64,000 nt of DNA, from NCBI GenBank assembly GCA_016932045.1, contig JAFGDO010000012.1, positions 4,195 to 68,194 on the forward strand, given 5' to 3'. This DNA comes from Candidatus Dojkabacteria bacterium. GTDB lineage: Bacteria > Patescibacteriota > Dojkabacteria > JAHIVN01. Positions within the stretch are counted from its first letter, which is position 1; the number at the start of each line of letters is the position of its first letter. The translations under genes and the position numbers were made by a program. Shown here one piece after another: positions 30,042 through 40,948 of the stretch. Under the pieces are notes generated by a model. The model ran no database searches, was not told the origin of the DNA, and was given only the letters and a program-made list of their open reading frames with translations.

Positions 30042-31805
30042 ATGAGTGGTCAGAAAATTTCATTTTGGAGGATAAGAATTATATACTTTTTCTTTGTCGT
30101 TGTTGTGTCAATAGTGACTTCGTTTTTATTCAGGTGGCAGATTCTTGAATATGACAGGTATCGTGTTTTAGCAAATCAGCGAGTAAAAGACTCTCAGCTT
30201 GCTTCCCTTAGAGGTTCAGTTCTTGCTTCAGATGGTTCACCCCTTGCTTACAGTGTCCCTGTATACGATGTTTATGCTTATTTGCCTGAGATTGAATATG
30301 CTGAAGATCTGCTTAGGCAGACAAGAAGTGAGTTCGTCAGGAAGGTTACTGAAATTTTGGTACTAAACGGAGAAGAACTAGAGGATAAGTTATCGACCGA
30401 CATTATGTACACGATAGTTGCAAGAGAGGTTTCTGTTGAACAAAAGGAAAGTTTAGAATCGCTTCTAACAGATAAGAATCCAGATAGAAAGTTGGAAGGG
30501 CTACATTTTGAACCTAGCGAAAAAAGAATTTATCCTGACAAAACACTAGCTAGTCATATCATAGGATTTGTAGGAAAAAATACTATTGGTGAGGATATCG
30601 GAAGAAACGGCATTGAGGGTTACTGGAATGGCGATCTTGCCTGGAAGAAAGGTTTCATCATAGAAGAAACCGACAGTTTTGGAAACCAGATACTTACTGG
30701 AAAGTATGAACCAATTTATCCCAAAGTTGGCAGAAGCGTACGTCTGACTATAGACAGGGGACTTCAGGAAATAATTGAGCGTAAGATTGAGGAAGGAGTA
30801 AAGGAGTGGGATGCAGTAAGCGGTACTATTATCATTCTTGATCCCCGAAGTGGTGCCATACTTGCTATTGCAAACTATCCAACTTATGATCCAAACGTTT
30901 ACTGGGAATTTGAGGACTTTAGTGTTTTTAAGAATAAAGCGGTAAGCGACCCTTATGAATTTGGGTCAGTCGGCAAGTGTTTTACTGCAGCAGCCGCAAT
31001 AGACTTGAAGAAAGTAAATCCAGATACAGTCATCTTTGATCACCATGAGGGTTGCGTTGATTTAATCGATGATAAACAGGTATGCACTTCTAATAAGAAG
31101 GCATCGGGACCGATGGATTTAACCGATGTTCTTGCATACAGTGACAATATTGGAGCTTATTTTACGGCAGAAAAAGTCGGGCCTGAGTATATGTATAGAT
31201 ATTTAAGAGAATTTGGAATCGGAAGCAAGACAAATGTTGGACTGTCTGAGGAATCTACAAGTTTTTTAAAATCTGCAAGAGACTGGAATATAGCTGACCT
31301 TGCAACCTACTCGTACGGTCAGGGTTATTCAGCGACGCCCCTTCAGATTGTATCGGCTGTTTCAGCTATTACAAATAAAGGTAAAAGAATGCAGCCATAT
31401 ATTGTTTCAAAGATTTATGATGATGAAAAGGTAATTGAGATAGAGCCGCAGGTTGCAAGTGAACCAATCAGTCGGGAAAGTGCTATAATCTTAAACGAAA
31501 TGTTGACAGAGGTTTTTGACAGGAATGGTTCAAAGTGGACATATAAGGAACTCTTGAACTATAAATTAGCTGGGAAAAGTGGAACGGCATCAGTGCTTGA
31601 CGAAACTGGTCTTTCTTATTCGCAAGACCAGGTTAATGTTACTTTTGTCGGATGGGACTCGTCAGATAATCCAAAATTTGTTATGCTTATTAAACTTCAG
31701 GAACCGACAGGAGCGCCTTTTTCTGTGCAGTCAGTGCAGCCGCTTTGGATGGAAACATTTTTTGAAATTAAAGATTTTGTTGGTGTTGTACCGATTGTGA
31801 AGTGA
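30042..31805 (+). CDS. ftsI: Class B penicillin-binding protein (FtsI/SpoVD-like)
   Basis: RGSV..DG, KRIYP, LTID; SxxK (GSVGK), SDN and KSGTA motifs; probable start ATG 30042. Confidence 0.9.
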   Translation: MSGQKISFWRIRIIYFFFVVVVSIVTSFLFRWQILEYDRYRVLANQRVKDSQLASLRGSVLASDGSPLAYSVPVYDVYAYLPEIEYAEDLLRQTRSEFVRKVTEILVLNGEELEDKLSTDIMYTIVAREVSVEQKESLESLLTDKNPDRKLEGLHFEPSEKRIYPDKTLASHIIGFVGKNTIGEDIGRNGIEGYWNGDLAWKKGFIIEETDSFGNQILTGKYEPIYPKVGRSVRLTIDRGLQEIIERKIEEGVKEWDAVSGTIIILDPRSGAILAIANYPTYDPNVYWEFEDFSVFKNKAVSDPYEFGSVGKCFTAAAAIDLKKVNPDTVIFDHHEGCVDLIDDKQVCTSNKKASGPMDLTDVLAYSDNIGAYFTAEKVGPEYMYRYLREFGIGSKTNVGLSEESTSFLKSARDWNIADLATYSYGQGYSATPLQIVSAVSAITNKGKRMQPYIVSKIYDDEKVIEIEPQVASEPISRESAIILNEMLTEVFDRNGSKWTYKELLNYKLAGKSGTASVLDETGLSYSQDQVNVTFVGWDSSDNPKFVMLIKLQEPTGAPFSVQSVQPLWMETFFEIKDFVGVVPIVK

Positions 31806-31917
31806 TATATATTTATCTCTTAATGCTAATTTAGAGCTTATATATAATGGTTAAAGTATTGCGTTCTAGATATGCGTCATATTAAAATAAGAGCCAATTA
31901 TATTATATGTATAGAAT

Positions 31918-33039
31918 ATGTTAACTCAAGAAGCAGGGATGGATTTAAGTGAATATCTTCAACAAACTTCAAGTGAAAATGGTGGATGGGCTGGAGGACT
32001 CGGAACAGCTTATATGTTTGGGATTGAAGTCTATGGCTATAAGAGCCTTGGGATGTCAAAAAAGGAAGCGTTAGTACTTGCTGGACAGACATTAAACATG
32101 CATATCATTCGATCACTCGAGAGTAGTGGGCTGAGAGATATTGATGAAATAAGACAAGCAGTATTGGCTTCAGGAGGAAGAGCTGTTATTTCTCAAATTG
32201 GTTTTGATTTGATCTCTGGAATATTTCATAATCCGAATTTGGATAATCCCTTTGACGGCACAGAGGGTCCGAGATTCCATTTGAGTGAAAGTTGTTATTT
32301 TACTGTCTTTGGAGGTCAATCCTATGAAGCTGTAATGATGGTAGCCGAAGAAAGTAGCTGGAGATGGCATTTCGGTAAAACAGTTGAAGCAGTTGTTGCG
32401 AAACAACCCAAGGTATTAATTGATTTATCAAGTGGAACAGGAGGACCCATAGCTGAGATAATTAGACAAGCAGGACCAGAAAGAGTAGTGCTTGGTGCTT
32501 ACACACTACCTGAAATGCTAATGACAGCGTTGAGAATGAATTACTTGTATGAGAACAGGGCTAAGTTTGGATTACCTGAAAACTTTGAATGGGAGATTTT
32601 TTTACTTGATTTTAATGATACTGCAGTAGGATGGGTTCAAATTCAAGGTTATCTTAGGAGTATTGGGATTCAAGACGCCAATTTAGAATTTATAATTACT
32701 GGAAATACAGCTAATTATAGAGCTTTAAAACATACGCTAAATTTTGGGAGAATGATTTGGATTGTTAGAAATTTGAGCTTTGTCTCCTTATCAGCTCCAC
32801 TAAATGCATTGCATGCTGATGGAAGAATAAGAGATACGGATATCACAAAGAGCAATTTGATAGAACTTGGATTAATTCCTATTGAACATAGTATAAATGC
32901 AGATGTACACTTCCTTCATCTAGGTATAAAAAGAGGTAAGGGTCAGAATGTAGTAATATCAGCATTTTCACAGCTTCAAACATTATCTAGTGTTGGTTTT
33001 GCTGATTTTGCTTCACGTCTTCAACAATTAGCTGTATAA
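31918..33039 (+). CDS. Hypothetical protein with possible class I SAM-binding motif
   Basis: VLIDLSSGTGG resembles methyltransferase motif I; otherwise unrecognised. Confidence 0.5.
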   Translation: MLTQEAGMDLSEYLQQTSSENGGWAGGLGTAYMFGIEVYGYKSLGMSKKEALVLAGQTLNMHIIRSLESSGLRDIDEIRQAVLASGGRAVISQIGFDLISGIFHNPNLDNPFDGTEGPRFHLSESCYFTVFGGQSYEAVMMVAEESSWRWHFGKTVEAVVAKQPKVLIDLSSGTGGPIAEIIRQAGPERVVLGAYTLPEMLMTALRMNYLYENRAKFGLPENFEWEIFLLDFNDTAVGWVQIQGYLRSIGIQDANLEFIITGNTANYRALKHTLNFGRMIWIVRNLSFVSLSAPLNALHADGRIRDTDITKSNLIELGLIPIEHSINADVHFLHLGIKRGKGQNVVISAFSQLQTLSSVGFADFASRLQQLAV

Positions 33040-33065
33040 TTTCCAAATAATACATTTTCAGTGAT

Positions 33066-35405
33066 ATGAAGTTAAATACTTTCATTGAGCTTATTACAAT
33101 TTTTCTTAATCTCGTCTTTGCTGTATTCTTGATTGTTAAAGGCAAGAAAGTTGTTTCTAGCTATTTATTTGTTTTGCATATTCTACTAACAGCGATTTGG
33201 GCTTTTATATTATTTTTATATGATAATCCATTTTTTGGTAATCCAAGAGTCTGGGCTAACATGGTTTTTTCGGTCTCATTCCTTCAAATACCTTCACTAA
33301 TAATATTTTCTTCATATTTTCCCAAGAGGATTGCTAAACCACTAAAAGTGTTGCCGACACTTTTATTTACCTTACTTGTATTTTCATTAAATATCTATGG
33401 ATATTGGTTTACAGATTTATATATTAAAGAAGTTATAGTTCACGACACCTGGACAGAAGCAGTTATAACGCCGTATTTCTTCTATTATAATGCTTTAACT
33501 TATTCTTTAATAATGATAGTTTTCAGAAATTTTTATATTTCGTGGGTATCGTCAAGCGGAATAGAACGAATGCAAATAAAATACATTTTAATTGGTTTTG
33601 CTCTTCAATCTATACCTGCAACTTTAACTGCAATAATTCTTCCGATTTTTGGAATTACTAGATACTTCGGTATTAATGCTTCAAGTAGTTTATTATTTAT
33701 AGGTGCGGTTTTATACTCCATTGCTAAACACAGATTTTTAGGAATTAGGTTCCTAGTTGGTAAACTCTCATATTATATCATAATTTCTGCATTTGTTTAT
33801 ATAATTTATTACTCAGTTATTTTACTTCAAAGCCATTTATGGGGAGGAGTATTTACTTATACATCTCTTATTGCGGGTGTTTTTATAGCATTAGCTTTTA
33901 CTTTTCTTTATAAAGAGTTTGACTCTATACTAAATAAGTTTTTAAGCAAAAGATTAATATATACAGATTTCAGTCCTTATGATGTAATTGAGAAACTTAT
34001 TAAATCTACAAGCACAGAGCTGAAATTAAAGGAAATTGTACAATCAATTTTGTCAATTACTCAAAACACTTTGAATGTTGAAAGGGTAGGAATCGTAGTT
34101 TTTAACAACAAAAATGGCAATGATATACTGTTCAAAGAATTAAAATCGTTTGAACAAAACAATGAGGTTAATAAAAATAGACTTCACAACGTAATTGAAC
34201 TGTGGGAAAGACAGGAAAAAGAAGGTGAAAAATCGGAGATATTAGTTTTCCAAGAGCTTATTGCACGAAAACGAGGAATGTATAATACCTATCAACCATA
34301 TGATCAAATAATTAAATTTATGAGAAAAGAGAAACTTGCGATTATTCTTCCTTTGAATAGAAAAGTACAGTTAAATGGGATGCTTCTGGTAGGTCATAAA
34401 GAAGAAGAGGAAGCATTTACAATAGAAGAAATAAATCTTTTAGAAAATATTATTGGGAACGCTTCGGTGGCAGTAGGAAGATCTTTGCTTTATGAGGAGG
34501 TACAAAGATTTGCAGATACCTTAAAGGGTAGAGTTAATGAAGCAACAAAAGAGCTAAGAGAAAAGATTCAGGCTCTTAAAGATGCAAGACGAAGAGAGCG
34601 CGATATGATAGATATACTCGGACACGAACTTCGCACCCCAATGAGTATAATTAAAAGCGGCTTTGAGTACATTGCTATGTTATGCGGGCCTAACCATACT
34701 CAGATGAATGAGAATGACCGAAGAAAAAAAATTCTCCAATACATAGAGGTGATAAACAAGAATGTCGAAAGAGAAGTAAATCTGATAGACTCGCTACTTG
34801 GAGCTACTAAAATTGATAGGGGTCAGTTGAAGCTTTCTAGAGACAAAGTCAATATGCTTGATGTAGTAGGGGACTCACTCCTTGCTGAGGGCGGAGATGC
34901 AAATAAAAAAGGACTCTACATAAAATTTAGTAGCCCGGAAGATTGGAAAGATTTTCCTTGTGCCTTTGCAGATAGAGAAAGAATTCAGGAGGTTATGGAT
35001 AATCTGCTTAATAATGCAGTAAAATATACTGATAAAGGAGGAATTACAATCGAAGTCGAACATAACGAAGAATTTATAACTGTTCATATACAAGATACAG
35101 GAGTAGGGATATCCCCCAAGGATATCCAAAATCTGGGTAGAAAGTTTTTCAGAGCAAAACAATATACAGAAGGTTCGGAAAAGCGGGCAATGAAGATGGT
35201 ACGTGCGGGAGGAACCGGTCTTGGACTGTACTTTACGTTTAAAATAGTTAAGATGCATGGAGGAAAGATCTGGGTAGATAGTGTGATGAACAAGGGGTCT
35301 ACATTTCATTTCTCAATACCTATTTATAAAGGGCAAAGAATCGAAAAGATCGATCTAAAAGATGGCTCAGTTGATGTGTTTAAAAGAATGGGGTATAGAA
35401 AGTAA
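33066..35405 (+). CDS. Multi-TM (7TM-type) GAF sensor histidine kinase
   Basis: About nine TM segments and a GAF-like region; H-box GHELRTP, N-box NAVKYT, DTGVG, GTGLGL. Confidence 0.93.
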   Translation: MKLNTFIELITIFLNLVFAVFLIVKGKKVVSSYLFVLHILLTAIWAFILFLYDNPFFGNPRVWANMVFSVSFLQIPSLIIFSSYFPKRIAKPLKVLPTLLFTLLVFSLNIYGYWFTDLYIKEVIVHDTWTEAVITPYFFYYNALTYSLIMIVFRNFYISWVSSSGIERMQIKYILIGFALQSIPATLTAIILPIFGITRYFGINASSSLLFIGAVLYSIAKHRFLGIRFLVGKLSYYIIISAFVYIIYYSVILLQSHLWGGVFTYTSLIAGVFIALAFTFLYKEFDSILNKFLSKRLIYTDFSPYDVIEKLIKSTSTELKLKEIVQSILSITQNTLNVERVGIVVFNNKNGNDILFKELKSFEQNNEVNKNRLHNVIELWERQEKEGEKSEILVFQELIARKRGMYNTYQPYDQIIKFMRKEKLAIILPLNRKVQLNGMLLVGHKEEEEAFTIEEINLLENIIGNASVAVGRSLLYEEVQRFADTLKGRVNEATKELREKIQALKDARRRERDMIDILGHELRTPMSIIKSGFEYIAMLCGPNHTQMNENDRRKKILQYIEVINKNVEREVNLIDSLLGATKIDRGQLKLSRDKVNMLDVVGDSLLAEGGDANKKGLYIKFSSPEDWKDFPCAFADRERIQEVMDNLLNNAVKYTDKGGITIEVEHNEEFITVHIQDTGVGISPKDIQNLGRKFFRAKQYTEGSEKRAMKMVRAGGTGLGLYFTFKIVKMHGGKIWVDSVMNKGSTFHFSIPIYKGQRIEKIDLKDGSVDVFKRMGYRK

Positions 35406-35566
35406 ACCGTGGCTGGATATGTAGGTTTCTAAATTGTGTGATTTCTTCCCTGTTTTAGCGTTTATGTAGTAAGTAAGAGATACGTATAGTTAATAGTTAT
35501 ATAGCAATGTTGTTGGACTGTTATATTGCTGAGTAAATATTATCTTATATATTTTAATTTGAGGTT

Positions 35567-36847
35567 ATGACTTCATACAAAATTGAAGGGGGTGTACCCT
35601 TGAAGGGCGAGATTACTCCTGTTCCGAATAAAAATTCAATTCTAAAAATTATTCCTGCTTGTATCCTTGCTGAAAAGCCTGTAACTCTCCATAATGTACC
35701 TAAAAGTACTGCTGTAAGGATAATGCTTAGAATATTTAGGAAATTAGGAGGGAAAGTAGCTTATTTAAAGGGGAGTACTATAAGATTAAATGCTCAGAAC
35801 ATAAAAAGCTATGTAATTGACGAGGATCTGGCAAATAAGGAAAGAACAAGTCTAATGTTTTCCGGTCCTCTGCTTGCTAAGTTTAAAAGAGCGGAAATTG
35901 GTGGATCCGGAGGATGTAAACTGGGTAATAGACCTCTTGATACAATGTTTCAGGGACTTTCTGCTCTTGGTGTTGTGATTGATAAAGAGAAAGGCTATAA
36001 AATGTCAACAAAAGGTCTAAAGGGTAGAGAGGATATTTGGCTAATTGAAGCGTCTGTCACTGGGACAGAGAATTTGATAATCGCAGCAGTAAAGGCAGAG
36101 GGACGAACGATCATTTACAATGCAGCATGTGAACCCCATACTCAGGATCTATGCAATTTCCTTGTATCTCTGGGTGCAAAAATTCAGGGTATTGGGTCAA
36201 ATAAGCTGATAATAGATGGTGTTGGAAGTCTTGGTGGAGGAGAATGGACTATTATAAATGATCATATAGATATAGGTGGTCTTATTGTAGCCTCAGTAAT
36301 AACAAATGGCGAGCTCCTTATAAAAAATGCTATACCAGAACATATGACTCAAATATTGAATTACTTCGGTAAAATTAACGTAAAAGTTGATATCCGAGGA
36401 GATGATATCTTTGTACCTTCCGGACAAAACTTATTCTGCAAAAAGAATTTCAAAGGCAATATTGATAAGATCATGGATCAGCCATGGCCAGGCTATCCTG
36501 TCGACCTTATACCACAGGCAATTGTACTTGCTTCTTACGCAAAAGGAAACATCAATATCTATGGTGTCATGTACGAAACTCAGCTTTTATTTGTAAATGA
36601 GCTTCTGAAAATGAGAGCTGAGCTTGTTCTTTCCAGTATGCATCAGGTTGTAAGTTCAGGTCCAAGTGAGCTTACAGGTGCAACAGTAGATGCCCCGGAT
36701 ATTCTTCAGTGTGGTCACGCACTTGTACTAGCCGGCCTTGCAGCAAAAGGAACAACAATTATCAGAAATGCTGATATGGTATCAAGGAGATATCCTAATC
36801 TTGTTAAACGATTCAGAAAACTAGGTGCGAGGATTGAAAAGGTATAG
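35567..36847 (+). CDS. murA: UDP-N-acetylglucosamine 1-carboxyvinyltransferase
   Basis: NKNS, GGCKLGNRPLD (catalytic Cys), SVTGTEN, NAACEP, PWPGYPVD. Confidence 0.95.
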   Translation: MTSYKIEGGVPLKGEITPVPNKNSILKIIPACILAEKPVTLHNVPKSTAVRIMLRIFRKLGGKVAYLKGSTIRLNAQNIKSYVIDEDLANKERTSLMFSGPLLAKFKRAEIGGSGGCKLGNRPLDTMFQGLSALGVVIDKEKGYKMSTKGLKGREDIWLIEASVTGTENLIIAAVKAEGRTIIYNAACEPHTQDLCNFLVSLGAKIQGIGSNKLIIDGVGSLGGGEWTIINDHIDIGGLIVASVITNGELLIKNAIPEHMTQILNYFGKINVKVDIRGDDIFVPSGQNLFCKKNFKGNIDKIMDQPWPGYPVDLIPQAIVLASYAKGNINIYGVMYETQLLFVNELLKMRAELVLSSMHQVVSSGPSELTGATVDAPDILQCGHALVLAGLAAKGTTIIRNADMVSRRYPNLVKRFRKLGARIEKV

Positions 36848-37043
36848 TATAAACAAATGGTAGTTATTGGATTGTAGATTTAAATTCTGATCTGAAGTCC
36901 AATGTGGTTACAAGCTTGAGCTTGGAACCAAAATGTTGAATTCTTTACTTATTGAGAACTGGTCACATTTCCCCCCAGAGGATATAATTACTAGATTCAT
37001 TTACTGCACAGAAAACTAAAAAATCAGTTATTAATAACAAAAA

Positions 37044-37829
37044 ATGAGGAGCTTTTTAAGAAAAACATTAAGAAATATATTAGGGTATCTCAGCATACGT
37101 ACTATTAAAAAACATAGTGCTGAAGTGATTTTGATCTCAGGCTGGGCTGGATCAAGCATTGTTAGGGAAATGACTTATCACATGCTTAGTGAAGATTTCC
37201 ATCTCCGCCGCAATGTAAGCGGTATTTGGTGGGATTTATCAGTACCGCTCAATATTCTCGGGTATGAAGACAAGAGAAGATCCATTTTGGGCTGGTCTAT
37301 ATTAATTCTGAGGGCCTTTCTAAGCCTGCTTTTTAAACAGTCTTATCAGCACAAGATAATCCTCAATCTTGATACGTCTATAGAAGACATTGCAGAATTT
37401 TGGTCGAAGTATGTAAATCCTCATATTTTAGTTATCCTGCGTGAGAAGCCGAATAGTAAATTAATAAAGATTCTTCGGAAACGTGAAGGAAGAGAAAAAA
37501 TTCTATATGTATATAATCCAGAGTTTTTTAAAGGTTTTGGGAAGAAGACAATCCGTGAATTTAAATATGCAAAAGGGAATGCAGATTTAGTATATAAGAA
37601 GAAAGCGGGAGCACTTGAAATAATTTACAAAAAAGAAAAGATAGAAGTTAGAATCCCGAAAGCGTATAAATTTATTCAAGAATTTATTCCTGCGGCTTTT
37701 TCTATAGGGATTCTTGAAGGTATAAGCATTGAAAACCTAGCAAGGAACTTCTCTTCTTTTGAATTCCATCCAAAACAACTGCAAAGAGGGATTTCAAAAT
37801 TAAAAAGATTTGTTCATACTCATGAATAG
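37044..37829 (+). CDS. Degenerate MurF-like Mur-ligase central-domain protein
   Basis: VILISGWAGSSIVREMTYHML resembles MurF ITGSxGKTxTKE; LSVPLNILG resembles GxPLTIL; lacks GKT and the C-terminal domain. Confidence 0.55.
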   Translation: MRSFLRKTLRNILGYLSIRTIKKHSAEVILISGWAGSSIVREMTYHMLSEDFHLRRNVSGIWWDLSVPLNILGYEDKRRSILGWSILILRAFLSLLFKQSYQHKIILNLDTSIEDIAEFWSKYVNPHILVILREKPNSKLIKILRKREGREKILYVYNPEFFKGFGKKTIREFKYAKGNADLVYKKKAGALEIIYKKEKIEVRIPKAYKFIQEFIPAAFSIGILEGISIENLARNFSSFEFHPKQLQRGISKLKRFVHTHE

Positions 37830-38397
37830 CAAAGACACAAAAGAAAAAGAATTAATCAGCTTAATAAAGAAAGACAAAAAAGCTTTTGAAAAAGTATATT
37901 CTCTATACTACAAAAAAGTTCTAAATTATATCAGAAGTAGGGTAAACGAGAAGTCGGTGGCTGAAGATCTTGCTAGTGAAGTTTTCGAAAAGGCATTTAA
38001 AGCAATAGAAGATTTTAAATGGCAGGGAATCAGTTTATCGGCATGGATATTTAGGATTGCAAGAAACCTCTTAACAGATTATTATAGAAAGGTAGGCAGA
38101 GTCGGGGAAACAGTTTCGTTAAGTGAGATTGAAGATTTATTTGAAGACCCAGGGGCTAAAGTTTATCTTGATTTTATAAAGGGTGAGGAAGAGATTGCTC
38201 TTTATGATGCTATACGAGAATTTCCAGAGAAGGATCAGTATCTTATTTACTATAAATTTTTTGAGGGTTTTTCTAACAAGGAAATAGCAAAAATTACTGG
38301 ACTTGCAGAATCCAATGTCGGAACAAGGCTTTATAGGATTAGGGGAAAGTTACGCCAAATTTTAAAGAAAAGCGGTTTTGAGGTGAATAGTAGGTAG
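37822..38397 (+). CDS. ECF-type RNA polymerase sigma factor
   Basis: AEDLASEVF, WIFRIARNLLTDYYR, FSNKEIA..GTRLYRIR; ATG 37822 overlaps the upstream stop by 8 nt. Confidence 0.93.
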   Translation: MNSKDTKEKELISLIKKDKKAFEKVYSLYYKKVLNYIRSRVNEKSVAEDLASEVFEKAFKAIEDFKWQGISLSAWIFRIARNLLTDYYRKVGRVGETVSLSEIEDLFEDPGAKVYLDFIKGEEEIALYDAIREFPEKDQYLIYYKFFEGFSNKEIAKITGLAESNVGTRLYRIRGKLRQILKKSGFEVNSR

Positions 38398-38451
38398 TAA
38401 TTCATGTATAAAGAATAGTAAGTAGTATGTCTTAAATAATTATATAAAAAA

Positions 38452-39831
38452 ATGAATCTAAAGGATCTAGTTCCTCAATTTATAAAAAACTTCATACATC
38501 GCCTGCAATCAGATTGGGCAAACGTTAAGTATGGTTTTCCGTCAGACAATCTAAAGATAATTGGAGTAACTGGAACAGATGGAAAAACAACTACTTCTAC
38601 CATGATATATTCGATCCTTAAACAGGCTGGTTTGAAGGTTGGCCTGATAACCTCAGTTAGCGCGAAAATCGGTAAAGATGAATTTGATACAGGATTACAT
38701 GTCACAACACCCGATCCTTGGGATATACCAAAGTACCTCAGAATGATGCTTGAAGCCGGTATAAAGTGGGTCGTCCTTGAAGTAACTTCTCATGCACTTG
38801 ACCAAAACAGAATCGCAAATATAACTGTTGAAAAGGCTGTTTTTACAAATATTACTAAAGAACATCTTGATTATCATAAAACTTGGCTGGCATATGCTCA
38901 AGCAAAAGCTAAACTCATTCGTATGGTTAAGGAAGGTGGTGAAGTCATTTATAAACGCGATGAGATTGGCGGTAAATTTATTGAAAAAAGAATTAAAAGG
39001 AGTCATCAAGTATTATTACCAGTTGTATGTGATGATGAGTTAGTTAAAAAGAAAGAAGCTGCGAGGGAGGGATTAAAATTTAAATATGAAATTAATCGCG
39101 AAGAGACTGACGTAGAGATCCCAATTCTAGGCGAATACAATATCTCAAATGCTCAGTGTGCGATCAAAGCTTGCGAAAGTCTTGTTGAAACTAGCAGTAT
39201 ACTTGAAGCTTTAAAAGAATTTAGGGGTGTTTTAGGAAGAATGCATGTTGTTAGAAGAAAGAGACCCTGCCTTACAATAGTTGACTTTGCTCATACACCA
39301 AATGCATTAAAGAAAGCACTAGAGACAGTCAATAATCTGAAAGAAAAAGGCAAATTAATCGTGGTATTTGGATGTGCAGGTTTACGAGACAGGTATAAAC
39401 GTTCAATGATGGGAAAGATTGCTGCGAAACTTGCAGATATTGTTATCATTACAGCAGAGGACCCAAGAAGTGAAAGTTTGAAAAGGATAAATAGCAGAAT
39501 TCTTGAGGGCGCATTAAGTAGAAGAGGCATAGTACTAAAAAGATTTCAAAACAGGAAAGCTTTCAGGAAAACAAAAGTGCAAAATCTTAAAGAGAAGATT
39601 CAGGAGATATTCAAAGAAGGACGGAAGCCAGTATTTGTATTTGACCAGGAGAAGGTTTATTCAAGGGAGGATGCTTTAGAGCTTGCTGTAAAACTTGCAG
39701 AGAGTGAAGATATCATCATTGCTACAGGAAAGGGACATGAAAAAAGTTTATGCTTTGGTTCAGTAGAATATCCTTGGAGCGATTTCGAAGCGGTAAGGAG
39801 AGCTGTTAAACTTAGATATATGAAAAAATAA
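38452..39831 (+). CDS. murE: UDP-MurNAc-dipeptide--diamino acid ligase
   Basis: GVTGTDGKTTT, TTPD, LEVTSHALDQ, EHLDYH, DFAHTP, VFGCAG.RD..KR, EDPR, GKGHE. Confidence 0.95.
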   Translation: MNLKDLVPQFIKNFIHRLQSDWANVKYGFPSDNLKIIGVTGTDGKTTTSTMIYSILKQAGLKVGLITSVSAKIGKDEFDTGLHVTTPDPWDIPKYLRMMLEAGIKWVVLEVTSHALDQNRIANITVEKAVFTNITKEHLDYHKTWLAYAQAKAKLIRMVKEGGEVIYKRDEIGGKFIEKRIKRSHQVLLPVVCDDELVKKKEAAREGLKFKYEINREETDVEIPILGEYNISNAQCAIKACESLVETSSILEALKEFRGVLGRMHVVRRKRPCLTIVDFAHTPNALKKALETVNNLKEKGKLIVVFGCAGLRDRYKRSMMGKIAAKLADIVIITAEDPRSESLKRINSRILEGALSRRGIVLKRFQNRKAFRKTKVQNLKEKIQEIFKEGRKPVFVFDQEKVYSREDALELAVKLAESEDIIIATGKGHEKSLCFGSVEYPWSDFEAVRRAVKLRYMKK

Positions 39832-39955
39832 TCCGGAATTACTGTATTGTGTGGCGGCTGGTATAACACATATCTAGTATCTAATAACACATAACGGATA
39901 ACTGACATTGGCCATCATTAGGTAGAATATATATAATAAAACATAAGATTTTAAT

Positions 39956-40729
39956 TTGAACCTTGTGAAATTCTTATTCTCTGAATTCCAGCCTAATTAC
40001 TCAAACTATTATTTTCCTTATCAGGTATATCTTGTCAAAGAAGAATTGGACAAGATTGACAAGATTTATAGCTTGGGTTTTTTGCCTTCAAGAATGCGCC
40101 TAAACCTATTTTATCTTGCTAGAAGTTTAAGGGTTAACCTTACAAATTTTAAACCATCCAGCGAGAACAGAAGAATCAGTCGAAAAACTGAGTACCTCAC
40201 AATGAAGGTTCTGGACCTTTCTGAGTTTGAGTATCATTATTCAATCGGTAAAATGGGGAAAGATTTTTATAAGGAGCGTTTTGGTGAAGGGACAATGAGT
40301 GCATTCAGGATCAAGTGGCTTTTTACTAAGGGTGCTTGCTCTCATGTTTTGGTCTTTACTGACAAACAAAAAGAAAATCTAGTTATTGGTTATTGCCCTG
40401 TTATAAAGACGGAGAAAATTCTCCATTACGCTTATCCGTTTTATGATTTGTCTTATTTTGATAAAAATTGCGGTATGGGGATGATGCTTAAGGCTATTCA
40501 ATGGGCACAAGAAAAAGGATTGAACTATGCTTATCTTGGAACTTGTTATACTGAGGCTTCACTTTATAAAACCCAGTTTGAAGGCTGCGAGTACTTCACA
40601 GGTTTTAGCTGGAGCGATAACCTAGCGCGGTTAAAAGAGTTAGTAAAGATAAAGAGAGAAGGGCATATGTTTGCGGAGGTAGAAGATAAGGATGATCTGC
40701 TTAAAAAAGAAGGGGTGAAGATAGGGTAA
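39956..40729 (+). CDS. Aminoacyl-tRNA-protein transferase-like GNAT (ATE1/Bpt-like)
   Basis: RSLRVNL..F.PS..NRR and YPFYD....MG..ML..I..A...GL.YAYLG.....SLYK..F resemble the ATE C-terminal pattern. Confidence 0.7.
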   Translation: MNLVKFLFSEFQPNYSNYYFPYQVYLVKEELDKIDKIYSLGFLPSRMRLNLFYLARSLRVNLTNFKPSSENRRISRKTEYLTMKVLDLSEFEYHYSIGKMGKDFYKERFGEGTMSAFRIKWLFTKGACSHVLVFTDKQKENLVIGYCPVIKTEKILHYAYPFYDLSYFDKNCGMGMMLKAIQWAQEKGLNYAYLGTCYTEASLYKTQFEGCEYFTGFSWSDNLARLKELVKIKREGHMFAEVEDKDDLLKKEGVKIG

Positions 40730-40948
40730 AGCATCCTAAGTTGATATCAGCAAACAGCAAACGGAGATAAGTTAAGAGCCATTTGTATACAGAGACAAGA
40801 TACGGAAAATTATATCAGTCATTGTAGATTCTTGATTGTCCTTCGACAATTCGGTAAACTTATTGCAAGCAAGCTCAGTATAGATAGATTGATATATTGC
40901 TAGATGGTTGGATGGCTGACTTTCTACATTTTACTTTAAACTTTCAAA

